63,581 nt of DNA, filler included, from Octopus bimaculoides (GCF_001194135.2; 6 parts of 6 records of this genome joined end to end with filler, not necessarily neighbours in it), one strand, 5' to 3'. Counted from the first letter of the whole stretch, positions 37,883 to 51,499 are shown. Program-made: numbers and translations. Notes: generated from the sequence alone by a model not told the origin.

Positions 37883-38859
37883 CATACATACATACATACA
37901 TACCTACATGAATATGTATATATATATNNNNNNNNNNNNNNNNNNNNNNNNNNNNNNNNNNNNNNNNNNNNNNNNNNNNNNNNNNNNNNNNNNNNNNNNN
38001 NNNNNNNNNNNNNNNNNNNNNNNNNNNNNNNNNNNNNNNNNNNNNNNNNNNNNNNNNNNNNNNNNNNNNNNNNNNNNNNNNNNNNNNNNNNNNNNNNNNN
38101 NNNNNNNNNNNNNNNNNNNNNNNNNNNNNNNNNNNNNNNNNNNNNNNNNNNNNNNNNNNNNNNNNNNNNNNNNNNNNNNNNNNNNNNNNNNNNNNNNNNN
38201 NNNNNNNNNNNNNNNNNNNNNNNNNNNNNNNNNNNNNNNNNNNNNNNNNNNNNNNNNNNNNNNNNNNNNNNNNNNNNNNNNNNNNNNNNNNNNNNNNNNN
38301 NNNNNNNNNNNNNNNNNNNNNNNNNNNNNNNNNNNNNNNNNNNNNNNNNNNNNNNNNNNNNNNNNNNNNNNNNNNNNNNNNNNNNNAATGAAATTATCAA
38401 ATGATTATTATTAGCAAAAGTGTTTGATTCAAATATATATAGTTTCGAGTAACTTTAAAATTTACGAGCTTACGAGCTTATTAGAACCAAATTTCTTGCT
38501 ATGCTATTGTTATAAGAGATCTCTAGCAAACCGCTACGCAACTACCTCTTTTAGTAGTAAATCTAATGCAGCAGCTTTTAACGTTTTACCTGAATATACA
38601 TCGGTGACTCAACAATGTCCAGATCAAAGCACGAAGGGCGCTATTACGGAGATATAAATATATTGTGGTGAGAATGGAAGTACTGATGCTTTTGATTTTA
38701 TTTGGCTGTTTCTGATGGTATTGGCTGGGGGTTTTTTTGGGTGGGGCTGTNNNNNNNNNNTGTGTTTTTTTTTTTTTTTTGATCACCAACTCTTTTGAGA
38801 TTGGACGTTCTGAAATTCCTGTATTATTAGACAATATGAGACGAGTGTCTTCTCCTTTC

Positions 38860-39130
38860 TTTCGTGTTCTTACGCGGTGAATGTTGTTTTTCAGTACCTT
38901 GTGGATACGATCAATGTTGTCATCGGTGGTGATAGTCGCAGGACGTCCAGACCTTGGGTCATATTCAAGACTCTCCCTTGTCTTCCTGAATTCAGCTGCA
39001 CACATATTCACGGCTGACAAAACAGGAGCGTCATCCTCTAATATAGCAAGCACGTTAGCTTGAATAACCTTGTGGGGCTACATCTTTTTTCTGCAGGTTC
39101 TTGATAAAGCCACGACGCCTGAGTTTGTTG
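38860..39130 (-). mobile_element. Mariner transposase N-terminal fragment
   Basis: RGFIKNLQKK...LEDDAPVLSAVNMCAAEFRKTRESLEYDPRSGRPATITTDDNIDRIH, the mariner HTH region with DPRSGRP. Confidence 0.85.
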
Positions 39131-39256
39131 CTATTACATGTGAAGTGTTCTTTGAGCATAGGTAAAGAAAAAGAAAGAAAGGTTAAAGAACCAGATACGC
39201 AGCGTCTGGAAACCCGATAGAAAGAAACACTGATTCAGATATGTATATATAGTAAG

Positions 39257-39437
39257 TGCGAAATGCTTAGCGGTATTTCGTCTGTCTTTACGTTCTGAGT
39301 TCAAATTTCGCCGAGGTCAACTTTGCCTTTCATTCTTTCGGGGTTGATAAATTAAGTACCAGTTGCGTACTGGCGTCGATCTAATCGACTGGCCCCCTCC
39401 CCAAAAATTTCGGGCCTCGTGCCTATAGTAGAAAACA
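39257..39437 (+). mobile_element. SINE family B (tail 2)
   Basis: gcgaaatgcttagcggtatttcgtctg...gagttcaaatttcgccgaggtcaactttgcctttc...gggcctcgtgcctatagtagaaaa. Confidence 0.92.
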
Positions 39438-39560
39438 TTTATAGTCAATCACCTGTCATCCATCACCATATGGTGAACACAATCAACATTCTCTATAGTG
39501 GCAGCTGCAGAGCGTCCATACGATGCCAAATTTTCTCCATTTTCATAAGAAGTCACTATT
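39438..39560 (-). mobile_element. Second mariner transposase fragment
   Basis: GRSAAATIENVDCVHHMVMDDR*LTIN. Confidence 0.6.
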
Positions 39561-39973
39561 TGTTACTGTTAAAGACATCTTTGAACAGTCAGACATTAGT
39601 TTAACTGGAAAGCAGCAATGCAGTTATTGATAAGAGCTGAAATTAATACAGGTAAGCTTTCATAGCTCTAGCGTCACTCCTTCATAATCAGCTTATGAAC
39701 TTTTCAGCTCACCCTCGTAAATATTTAATCGTTTTAGGCATAAAGTCAGCAATTATTCTATCAGTCTCTTGACTCCGAAAAGATGTAGAAATGTTCCTAA
39801 GCATTTTCACTGATGCGGTAACGATTCTGCCTTTGGAACACCTTTGGTAAATGTACTCCATAAGAGCTTAACAACAATAACAACTAAATGATTAAAAGAA
39901 AAGTGATCTCTAGTTTTTTGGTGGGGAGGGTGTTCTCCTTTTTTTAAATTTTAGATAGAGTATATGTTTTGAC

Positions 39974-40246
39974 CGTGGAGGCGCAATGGCCTAGTGTTTA
40001 GGGAAGCGGACTCGCGGTCGGAGGATCGCGGTTTCGATTCCCAAACCGTGCATTGTGTGTGTATTGAACGAAAACACCTAAAGCTCCACGAGGCTCAGGC
40101 AGGGGATGATGGCGACCTCTGTTGTACTCTTTCGCCCCAACTTTCTCTCACTCTTTCTTCCTCCAGCTGGGAGAGGGGATTACACAAACACCATAGAAAC
40201 CGGGAAACCGGGCCCATGCGCCTGGCTAGGCTTTAAAAGGGTGCAT
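39974..40246 (+). mobile_element. tRNA-derived SINE, head C + tail E
   Basis: Family C 5' half joined to gaaaccgggaaaccgggcccatg...ggctttaaaagggtgca, followed by (TAA)n. Confidence 0.88.
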
Positions 40247-41293
40247 AATAATAATAATAATAATAATAATGATAATATGTTTTGACCTAGAACGCAATGC
40301 ACAATCTGTTATTCGGGATACCAAAACTAAATTTTTCTGGAATCAAGTTTTGGTTATCCAAAACAACAGAGCTTCTTTTGACCACTACTCCCCCAATGGG
40401 AATTCATCGATTTAACTAACCACGAACACCATTATTTCGTATTTCCAGGCTACCATCATTTCAGATGCCGACAGTGTGAACCAACAAGGGAGCTTCGGTG
40501 TGCTTTAAATTACAGTCAAATTTACTTCTAAATGTTGAATAACGTAGACCTGAATTCGATACACATAGGGGAAAATGGATTACGTTTAAGACTGGATTAG
40601 CTGGAATACGTTTGAGAATAGGCTGTTTAGACTAAACAACAGCAGCTGAAGCGGCAACAACAACAGCAACAACCACAAGAATTCTCCGTAATATTTCATA
40701 GATTCATTATATCTGACAGTCAATTCAGCTTTATATATCGTTATTATGAAGAGCAAAAAATAATAAGTTTCCCCGATACGTTCCGCTACAGAAGCACTAT
40801 TTTTATACATAGATCATATCATTAATCTAATGTGGTTACGAAGGTATGTGTGCACGCGTACACCTTTTCTAGTGGATATGAATGTGTTTCTGTCTATTTC
40901 TTTTTATGTTTGAGAGATACAAATGGTTAGAGATGTGTGTGTGTGTGTGTGTGTGTACGTGTGTACCAGTGTGCACGTGTGCACGTGTGTGTATGTGTAT
41001 GTGCGTCTTTCATCCATACACCAGAAGAAATAGGTATAATAACATGCACGAAGAATAAGACTTGTTGCTGGCTTTTTTACGCGGAAATATGCAAACATGC
41101 ACATCCATAGATAGATAGATAGATAGATAGATATACAAGCATACAAACACATATGCACACACCCGTATACCCACATATATATATATATATATANNNNNNN
41201 NNNNNNNNNNNNNNNNNNNNNNNNNNNNNNNNNNNNNTTAATTAATTAANNNNNNNNNNNNNNNNNNNNNNNNNNNNNNNNNNNNNNNNNNNN

Positions 41294-41335
<42 letters not shown>

Positions 41336-42743
41336 ATAAACTTACTTGGAAATGGATGCGTGGCGTTGAATCAGATAATAAAATATATATGCATGTATAC
41401 ATACGTATATGTACATATTTATATATATGCGTTACCAATTTTGACCTTCTGCAAAATCTCAAATATTATTTAATTTGCTTTGCGGGAGCAGCTGTTTTAT
41501 CGAAGGCGTATTTTGTCGTGAATATCTCGGAATACGGTTTAGAAAAACAGCCGACGACTGATGAAGAGTCGCTGGTTATGCTGCTTGTCTTGTTTTCCAT
41601 TTTTCTTTCATTGTTCGTATAAAAAAGTTCATATTCCATGTATTCGTATTTTGTATCTCATATTTTCGTATTTTATGTTGTTTACGTTCTGCGCCGTCCT
41701 GTGCCCACACATTCATGTGCATATACGTATATTTGTAAGTATGTACATATACGCATGTATATATGCTTATATATTATTTATATTATTATTATTATTATTA
41801 TATATATCGTGCCAAGTCGTATTTAGCTAGTTCATTGAAATGTGACAGGCCACGTAATAGACTCAGTAGAGAATTTCTTCACCTACATATGGATTTCTTG
41901 CCGGCACGGTTGCTTTGAAATTTGTCATTTCATCGTAGGATAGGAGGCAGGTACTTCTTTGTCGTTCGGATTCCTTATCTATGACATCTACCTCAGTCAG
42001 TCACATCCCGGTAAATATCAAGTAATACCAATGAAAACATCAGACAGTACATCAGCAGGTGCACGATATGGTATGGTCAGGATTGCATTAGATATGGGCT
42101 GTTGGAATAAACAGATTCGAATGAAATATATTCTTGTAAAGTTCTTGTTTTATATGTTCCAGTTAAATCGGACATGATAAAACAACGCTGCAAAAATCGT
42201 AACAAATTCACAGTTTAACATGTAGTGCCTATTTGTAAACACATGCACACATACATATACGTAACAGACACGTTCACAAACAAATACGCGTGTGTATGAA
42301 TGGGTTTTGTGCGTGTGTTTGTGTATGCTATGAATAGCGGCTGTTTACTTAATAGTCTTGCCGATGATTGCTTCTCAAAAATTATATGCACAGAAGTATA
42401 CGCAAACACACTCATGCAATTACACATTCACAAATGCGCACATATATTTACAGACATACAAAATCACACATAGGGATGTGTTCACACGTCTATCTGTACA
42501 CGTGAGTAAATATACATGTATGTATGAATGTATCTGTGCATTATATTCTCTCTCTCTCTCCACACGTACATACACACAAGCACACACAAACACACACACA
42601 CACACACACACACACAAAACATATATATATATATACATAGAGATATACATGCATACACATACATCTATGACGAAAACAGATAAATAATAAACATACATTA
42701 TATATATATATATATGTGTGTGTGTGTTGTTTCTATATATATA

Positions 42744-42778
<35 letters not shown>

Positions 42779-44399
42779 NNNNNNNNNNNNNNNNNNNNNN
42801 NNNNNNNNNNNNNNNNNNNNNNNNNNNNNNNNNNNNNNNNNNNNNNNNNNNNNNNNNNNNNNNNNNNNNNNNNNNNNNNNNNNNNNNNNNNNNNNNNNNN
42901 NNNNNNNNNNNNNNNNNNNNNNNNNNNNNNNNNNNNNNNNNNNNNNNNNNNNNNNNNNNNNNNNNNNNNNNNNNNNNNNNNNNNNNNNNNNNNNNNNNNN
43001 NNNNNNNNNNNNNNNNNNNNNNNNNNNNNNNNNNNNNNNNNNNNNNNNNNNNNNNNNNNNNNNNNNNNNNNNNNNNNNNNNNNNNNNNNNNNNNNNNNNN
43101 NNNNNNNNNNNNNNNNNNNNNNNNNNNNNNNNNNNNNNNNNNNNNNNNNNNNNNNNNNNNNNNNNNNNNNNNNNNNNNNNNNNNNNNNNNNNNNNNNNNN
43201 NNNNNNNNNNNNNNNNNNNNNNNNNNNNNNNNNNNNNNNNNNNNNNNNNNNNNNNNNNNNNNNNNNNNNNNNNNNNNNNNNNNNNNNNNNNNNNNNNNNN
43301 NNNNNNNNNNNNNNNNNNNNNNNNNNNNNNNNNNNNNNNNNNNNNNNNNNNNNNNNNNNNNNNNNNNNNNNNNNNNNNNNNNNNNNNNNNNNNNNNNNNN
43401 NNNNNNNNNNNNNNNNNNNNNNNNNNNNNNNNNNNNNNNNNNNNNNNNNNNNNNNNNNNNNNNNNNNNNNNNNNNNNNNNNNNNNNNNNNNNNNNNNNNN
43501 NNNNNNNNNNNNNNNNNNNNNNNNNNNNNNNNNNNNNNNNNNNNNNNNNNNNNNNNNNNNNNNNNNNNNNNNNNNNNNNNNNNNNNNNNNNNNNNNNNNN
43601 NNNNNNNNNNNNNNNNNNNNNNNNNNNNNNNNNNNNNNNNNNNNNNNNNNNNNNNNNNNNNNNNNNNNNNNNNNNNNNNNNNNNNNNNNNNNNNNNNNAC
43701 ACACACACACACACACAAAACATATATATATATATACATATATATATGTATCTACTTATTTGTATGTATGTATAATATATATATAGACAACGCAACACAC
43801 TAGAGGCTGTTTTCTGTAAAATTACGAAGTATTCCTCACTTTCTTCTAGATTGTCTTGTAGAACTTCGTTTACACTCAGCTCCATACACTCATTCACACA
43901 TACACACGCAGACACACACACACACACACATACACACACACACACACACACAAACGCACGCACATACATAGATTCACATAAATGCCACAGACATAAAACA
44001 AAAAGAAAACAAGTAGTCTGTGTACCACGTGATGTTTACCTTCAGTAAAATTATAAACCGAAACTTCTCGTTAGTGAAAAAAATTCAAAGGCGTAATGAA
44101 ACTTAATAATTCTTCATTCACAATAACGAAAACAATATTAACTTCACAGAACAATTAACGAAAACATTGAAAAGTAAGAAATGTGAGCTACAACACAGAA
44201 AAGGGAGAAAACCATAGACGCTAATATATCGATCGTTCCTAAATGTACCAAACAGTCAATTTCAACAAACTGCATGAAACATACGAGTTTGTCATCAACG
44301 TCGATACTTGCGTAGCGTCCTTGCGTCCTTGCGTCACTGTCTGGAGGTATTATAGTCTTCGCAAAGGCGGCTGCGATCTAAGAGAATCGTTAACACGTC

Positions 44400-44560
44400 T
44401 GACCAAATGCTTAGCGGAATTTCTTCTGGTTCTTTAGTTTCTGAGTTCATATATTCCAAGGTCAACTTTGCCTTTTATTCTTTGGTGGGTGGATAAAAGA
44501 AAGTGCTTCTCAACTTCTGAGCTCGATGTAAATGAATTGTCGTCTCACTTCAAAATCGCT
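44400..44560 (+). mobile_element. SINE family B, degenerate
   Basis: aaatgcttagcggaattt...ctgagttcatattccaaggtcaactttgcctttt. Confidence 0.6.
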
Positions 44561-45812
44561 GGAATTGAACTTTGCAATGAAACGGTATCCCATTCAAGGA
44601 AAGGCTGTGATCTTGGTCACTGATACGGTTTGGAAACCAACTAACTGCCCTTTTGAGTGGAAGGGATAAAGAAAGAGAAAATAATAATTACGTTTCTAAC
44701 AGGAAGGATAACTGCATTAAGAAGTCTTTGAGCCAGTATTCAAATCACTCTTTAGTCTATTGCACTCCGTCGATAGGCAATCCAACCGGCTGGCACTAAA
44801 GATATGTGTATGTGTGTGTGTGTGTGGGGGGGGGGNNNNNNNNNNNNNNNNNNNNNNNNNNNNNNNNNNNNNNNNNNNNNNNNNNNNNNNNNNNNNNNNN
44901 NNNNNNNNNNNNNNNNNNNNNNNNNNNNNNNNNNNNNNNNNNNNNNNNNNNNNNNNNNNNNNNNNNNNNNNNNNNNNNNNNNNNNNNNNNNNNNNNNNNN
45001 NNNNNNNNNNNNNNNNNNNNNNNNNNNNNNNNNNNNNNNNNNNNNNNNNNNNNNNNNNNNNNNNNNNNNNNNNNNNNNNNNNNNNNNNNNNNNNNNNNNN
45101 NNNNNNNNNNNNNNNNNNNNNNNNNNNNNNNNNNNNNNNNNNNNNNNNNNNNNNNNNNNNNNNNNNNNNNNNNNNNNNNNNNNNNNNNNNNNNNNNNNNN
45201 NNNNNNNNNNNNNNNNNNNNNNNNNNNNNNNNNNNNNNNNNNNNNNNNNNNNNNNNNNNNNNNNNNNNNNNNNNNNNNNNNNNNNNNNNNNNNNNNNNNN
45301 NNNNNNNNNNNNNNNNNNNNNNNNNNNNNNNNNNNNNNNNNNNNNNNNNNNNNNNNNNNNNNNNNNNNNNNNNNNNNNNNNNNNNNNNNNNNNNNNNNNN
45401 NNNNNNNNNNNNNNNNNNNNNNNNNNNNNNNNNNNNNNNNNNNNNNNNNNNNNNNNNNNNATAGTGATTCAGACAAAGCAGTATATTTCGGTCATTTGTA
45501 TAAAAACTGTTTGAATGGAGGAAATATCTCCATAAGTAGATTTCTTACCCGATTTCCGAATCGTGAGTAAATTTTTATTCAAAGAAATATCTTTATTACA
45601 CATACACACACACACACACACACACATACACTCACAAACACACAAACACACACACAAACACACACACACACACATACATACACACAAACGCATATGATAA
45701 GAGAAGGAATGTCATATGTACACATGCCTAGGCTTCTATTTATATATGTATATAAAAATAAGACATGCATAAATACATACATATGTGTCTCTCTCTATAT
45801 GGGTGTGCGTAG

Positions 45813-46181
45813 CACTCAATGAACAAATGGCAGACAGTGCTACAGCTCCAAACAAAAGAGGGACTTGTGAAAACGAAAGCCATCCCCATTAGAAGAGGAA
45901 TATTCCAGGGAGACACGCTCTCTCCACTCCTGTTCTGCCTGGCACTCACACCTTTAACCGAATTGCTAAATAGAACTGGATGCGGTTACAAATGCTATGG
46001 AAAAACAGTCAGCCACCTTCTATATATGGATGACCTAAAATTATATGCTAAAAACGACAAAGAGCTAGAAACACTACTACAGACAGTACACGGCTTTACC
46101 AAGGAAATAGACATGAAATTCGGATTAGAAAAATGTGCCAAAGCAACCCTGAAAAGAGGAAAATTAGTTAAAAGTAGCAAT
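45813..46181 (+). mobile_element. R4/Dong-clade LINE reverse transcriptase fragment (open up to the gap)
   Basis: IRRGIFQGDTLSPLLFCLALTPL...HLLYMDDLKLYAK...MKFGLEKCA. Confidence 0.9.
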
Positions 46182-46421
46182 NNNNNNNNNNNNNNNNNNN
46201 NNNNNNNNNNNNNNNNNNNNNNNNNTTAATTAATTAANNNNNNNNNNNNNNNNNNNNNNNNNNNNNNNNNNNNNNNNNNNNATATATATATACAAAGTAT
46301 GGGGGTTTAGTTCACAGGTGATCTAAACGATTAGGTACGCTAGGTAAGTGCTGTAACGGATTACTAGGGCTCCAGGGTTATAGCCGAGACGGCAGTTATG
46401 GAACCATTGCAGATTTCCGAT

Positions 46422-46534
46422 GTATCGATATCAACGCCAGCGTTACCATTATTATTATTATGGTCATTATCGTCATTGGCATCACTGTTGTAATTATTAC
46501 CATCAATATTATTATTATCATTATTATCATTATT

Positions 46535-46569
<35 letters not shown>

Positions 46570-46721
46570 TATCGTTATTATTATTATTATTATTAGCAGT
46601 AGTATTAATGATAGTAGTGGTAGTAGTATTAGTAGCATTACTAGTAATAGTAGTAGTAGTAGTAGTTGCAGCAGCGGAAATAGTTGCAGCAGCAGCATTA
46701 CTGAAAATAGTACTACTACTA

Positions 46722-46761
<40 letters not shown>

Positions 46762-46778
46762 CACTACCACTACTACCA

Positions 46779-46844
<66 letters not shown>

Positions 46845-46941
46845 ATAATAATAATAATGATAATAATAATTACAACAGCGATGCCGATAACGATTATGAC
46901 CATAATGATAATAATGGTAATGCTAGCGTTGATATCGATAC
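46422..46941. repeat. 520-bp imperfect palindrome (inverted duplication)
   Basis: The unique outer arms (gtatcgatatcaacg...ggcatcactgttgtaattatt) are reverse complements. Inner (ATT)n/(AGT)n tracts mirror (ACT)n/(AAT)n. Confidence 0.85.
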
Positions 46942-47039
46942 TAGAAACGACAGCAATGATAACAACAATATCACGATTGATTCATCTAATACCACCCTGG
47001 CCTCTACTAGCACTACCTCATCTCTCTCTCCAATCAACC

Positions 47040-47480
47040 ATCGTAGAACTGATAACTGCGACTACAGATCCGGGACTGATTGCCTGCTGCAAGATTCAAT
47101 GCAGAAGATTCAACCGATGTACTGTTCACAATATAGTAAATAACTCTTGTAGCTACTACATTGGATCGAGCACCGGATTTAAACAAAGATATTATGCACA
47201 TTTAAACTCATTTAAATATAAAGAGTATAGCAATTCCACTTCACTAGCCAGCCACGTACACCATCTAATTTATAGAAAAATACAGCATAAACTTCCCTGG
47301 GCTATGATAGACTCGGGTATCCAAAATCAGGGCCAATACTCCAGTTGTGGACTCTGCTTAAAAGAAGCCCTCAAAATTTTAACCCACAACTCACCACAAT
47401 TGCTTAATAAATACAACGAGGCCTTCACTAGGTGCAAGCATAAATTCTTCCGCACCTTTAAATTCTTTTATAAATCTAAA
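47040..47480 (+). mobile_element. Penelope-like element 3' fragment (GIY-YIG endonuclease)
   Basis: NCDYR...DCLL, frameshift, then YYIGSSTGFKQRYYAHLNSF...STSLASHV...W......CGLCLKE....LLNKYNEAFTRCKHK. A G-poor 3' UTR-like tract follows to about 48000. Confidence 0.88.
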
Positions 47481-48004
47481 TGTAAGTTCACCCCTACGAA
47501 TAGCATTCACATACAAACCCCTATGATCATTAACACATACCTCTCTATACCTCTTCTATCTCTCCTATATCTCGATATCTCTTATTTCTACATTATATCT
47601 TACATCTCTTCTATCTACTTTACCTAATCACTTTATTAGATAAATATTAATTCTTTAATTTATCCTCACTTTATTTTTAAACCATAACCCAATAAAATCC
47701 CCTAATATAAATCCCTTGATATCTAACTCTAACTTACACTCATAAATAATTTAACCTTCAACTAGCTCCTCCATTCTCGGCTACCTACATACCCATAACC
47801 CTATTGCTAAAAATAACTCAACAGCCACTGACCTTAGCCAGAACGGTCACAAGTATTTACTACTAGATCTCCTCCCCAACACCTATAGACTTTAAGACTA
47901 CCACAGACACGTACTACTCTCTTTAGATTCCTTTAATTTTGCTCTATTTTTTTTACCCTATCTTCCTCTACCTCCTCATCCTCTTTCTTATCTTCTCGGC
48001 TACC

Positions 48005-48225
48005 ACTGCAGCCCCTGTTCCCGGGCTCTTGCACTTAATGTAGTTCTCAGGGAGATTCAGTGTGACAAGGCTGGCCCCTTTGAAAAACAGGTATTGCTCA
48101 TTTTTGCCAGTTGAGTGGACTGGAACAACGGGAAATAAAGAGTTTTGCTCAGTGACAATGCATCGTCGGAAATTGAACTCACAGCCTCATGATTGTGAGC
48201 CGAATACCCTGATCACTAAACCATA
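48005..48225 (-). mobile_element. tRNA-derived SINE, head D + tail C
   Basis: D head/core (gttgttccagtccactcaactggcaaaaatgag) joined to caaagggccagccttgtcacactgaatctccctgagaactac. Confidence 0.78.
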
Positions 48226-48654
48226 AAAAATACACGCGTGCGTGTACACATACACATACACACACACACGTGTGTGTGTGTTTGTGTGGAGGCAACTTTG
48301 GCGAGATTTCAGCCGGTATTTCATGTCATTGCTTGCTTATCACACTATAAATATATATATATATATACACACACAAGAAAAGAGGGAGCGAGAGAGCGAG
48401 AGAGAGAGTGAGAGAAAGAAAGAAAGAAAGAAAGAAAGAAAAGAAAAATGAATATAAAATAAAGGAGAAAAAACACAACTTTCCAAATTTTCTCAGGCTG
48501 AATTAGCTCTAAAATGTGTTTAATTCCTGGCTGTGTTTGTTTTAAACATGTATGTATACACACACACACACACACAGATATTTGTATACATATACACGTG
48601 TATGCGTATATATATATATATATATACACAGAAAACATATATGTCTAGCTGTGT

Positions 48655-48723
<69 letters not shown>

Positions 48724-48920
48724 TATATATATGTATATGCATGTGGACAAATATTTTAATATATATATACACACACATATACATATATATATACATACAT
48801 AAATACATATATATATATGTATATATATACACACATACATATATACATGCCAACATGATTGCGAACACAAAAATATATATACACGCATACATATGCGTAC
48901 ATACACACTCAGACACACGT

Positions 48921-48956
<36 letters not shown>

Positions 48957-48987
48957 NNNNNNNNNNATATATATATATATATATATA

Positions 48988-49477
48988 TGTAAGGGAAACT
49001 GTGTGAACAGGCTCGCGTTGGCTGTACAGATCAGAAGAGCTGTATGAACGAATCAACGTCGGGGGTCACCAATTGTAAGGGAAGACCGACGTCGGGGGCA
49101 CCAATTGTAAGGGACGACCGTGCGAACTCCAAAAGGAGCAATGGTGACGAATGGAAAAACAGAGGACTCCTTTTATTTAAACGTGTCACACGGTCGAACA
49201 CACAATTATATATCGATGGATGATATACATGATATGTTATGCGACGATAACATAGATGACCAGTAATGAAAGACCACAACCGTATTAGATGAATAACAGA
49301 GATATTTATTGTAGCGTTAAAGATGTATGTCTGTGTGAGAGTGTGAATGCGACATATAATAACATAATCAAAGACAGGCCGTCATACAAAGAAAAGTGTG
49401 TATGTGAGTGATACATGTGTGTATGAGAAATATTACAGCAGAGAAAAAGAGAGTCAATAACACGTGAACAATTATAC
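48988..49477 (-). mobile_element. LTR retrotransposon remnant with tRNA-Trp primer-binding site
   Basis: Minus strand ...CCCTTACA-AT-TGGTGACCCCCGACGT, against the canonical Trp PBS TGGTGACCCCGACGTGAT. The LTR's other end is not seen before the gap. Confidence 0.7.
49005..49071 (+). pseudogene. tRNA-Trp-derived sequence with encoded 3' CCA
   Basis: cagatcagaagagctgtatgaacgaatcaacgtcgggggtcacca aligns to CAGATCAGAAGGCTGCGTGTTCGAATCACGTCGGGGTCACCA (metazoan tRNA-Trp, from memory), with weaker similarity into the D arm. B box and anticodon are damaged. Confidence 0.75.
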
Positions 49478-49577
49478 NNNNNNNNNNNNNNNNNNNNNNN
49501 NNNNNNNNNNNNNNNNNNNNNTTAATTAATTAANNNNNNNNNNNNNNNNNNNNNNNNNNNNNNNNNNNNNNNNNNNN

Positions 49578-49639
49578 AAAAGCTCTACATTGTATTTGTC
49601 CCATCTTCGTTGAGCCCTGTGTGGCTAATAAAAGAAATG
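49578..49639 (+). mobile_element. 3' end of a LINE (same family as 61959-62240), followed by (TATC)11
   Basis: ctctacattgtatttgtcccatcttcgttgagccctgtgtggctaataaaagaaa versus ctctactttgtattttgtcccctctgtgttcagccccgtgtggccaataaagaaa. Confidence 0.75.
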
Positions 49640-49685
<46 letters not shown>

Positions 49686-50214
49686 CCTCACACAAATATA
49701 CACATGCGCAAGCAACCTACTTCACATATATATTCAAGCATATATGCTTAAATATCTGTGTATATATCGAGATTTGCTGAGGGGATCCAAACCCAATTTT
49801 TCGGGTGGATGCTCAAAGAGTTTCACTGTCCAGCAAAATTTTTTTCGTGAATACACTTGCTGTTCCCGAGCCTTTGACAAAAAGAAAGCTTTATATTATT
49901 TAGAACGTATGAAACAAGGGCTAAAAAAACTCTGAAAGCAAGCAATGTCGTTTAGGACAAACCTATGAAACTGGTTCGAACTGGCGAGGGGTTAATCTAA
50001 AATAATCCCTGAATCAAACAGACCTATGGCTAAAGCTGTTCTGGCACATATACGGCATTTAAGACTGCAGTATCCTGCACGGCTTTCCTTTTATAAAGTA
50101 GGTTATGTGTGATTTAAGGTAAAATTTGGCTGTTGTTTCTGACAACGAGGGAAACACAACAGCCAGATATGACCACATTTAAGCAACCTAGCAAAAATAG
50201 CTCTGTTAGAAATG

Positions 50215-50811
50215 ATTATTGTTGTTGTTGCTGTTGTTAACAATGTTGTTCCAGTCGTTGTTACGGTTGCTGTCGTTGTTGTTACTGTTTTTGGTGAGGA
50301 CTGTTACTATTAGCAATTCCGTTTGCTTTCTATGTTAATGATGATGATGATGATGGTGATACTGCTGCTGCTGCTGGTGGTGATGATGATGATGATGATA
50401 TTTACACTGATGTTTTTAGTGTTGGTTTTTGTTGTGGCTATTTTCGTCGTCATAGTCTTGTAGGTTCTTGTTTTCTTTGTTGTTTCGATGCTGTTTACGT
50501 TGTGGTCTCCATGGTCGTCGTGGTCATAGTCATCGTCGTCGTCGTCGTCGTCGTCGTCGTTGTTGTTGTTGTTGTTGTTGTTGATGCTGTCTACGTTGTC
50601 GTTGTTGTTTCTATAATCTATTTACCATTTAATGTTCCTAAAATCTCCTATTAAGAATTCTTTATTAATTTCATTACGAAAATGTTAAAAAAAACAACCA
50701 AAAAACAAAAAAAAACCAAACAAAAATTATAATTAAAAGTAGCTTTTGATTTAACAACAACACCAAGAACAGTAACAGCAGCAGGAGCAACAACAACAAC
50801 AACAACAACAT

Positions 50812-50845
<34 letters not shown>

Positions 50846-51060
50846 AACAAGAAGACTGTGACCGTCAATAAAAAAATGATAATAATAAAATTATGGAGAT
50901 GAGTGAGATCATAACAACAGTGATGATGATAATTACAACGATGTTGTTGTTGATGATGATAATGATGATGATAATGATGATAGTAATAATAGCAATGAGG
51001 ACATTGTAGACGACGATGATAATGATGTGAAGAAATGTAGGTCAGTGGAAATGTAGTAAC
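50215..51060. repeat. Degenerate trinucleotide repeat field (GTT, GAT, GTC, CAA, CAG)
   Basis: Read directly. Confidence 0.85.
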
Positions 51061-51499
51061 ACGACAAACGTTTAAAAAAACATTCATACACACACATACA
51101 CGTATACACATATACAGAAATATAAAAGACTAACGTATGCATATAAATACACACACACACACACACACACATGTATGTGTGTGTGTGTGTGTGTCTGTGT
51201 ACACACAAACACACACACACGCACACACACACACACACACATGTATGTGTGTGTGTGTGTGTGTACACACAAACACACACACATGCACACACACACATAT
51301 CTGTACCTAAATACATGCTCAAACATACATAGTTGCCTACATACTTTACGAACATACGTGCTTATGCGCAGATGCATACGAAAACTATTCAGCTATAGAC
51401 ACACACACGTATGTATGTATGTATGTATGTATGTATGTATGTATGTATATATGTGTGTATATATGCATGCATGTATGTATGTATGTATGTATGTATGTA

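Noticed and set aside
41540-41600. CTGATGA as a hammerhead core
   Set aside because: No stem II followed by GAAA downstream.
42029-42098. Exon-like segment on the minus strand (PISNAILTIPYRAPADVLSDVFI); similar islands at about 34400, 39600 and 40460
   Set aside because: Splice-like signals are common in AT-rich DNA; there is no homology or partner exon, and a competing plus-strand reading exists.
46364-47143. Long ORFs on both strands (179, 227 and 339 aa) as host genes
   Set aside because: Produced by the trinucleotide palindrome; only the GIY-YIG portion is real coding relic.
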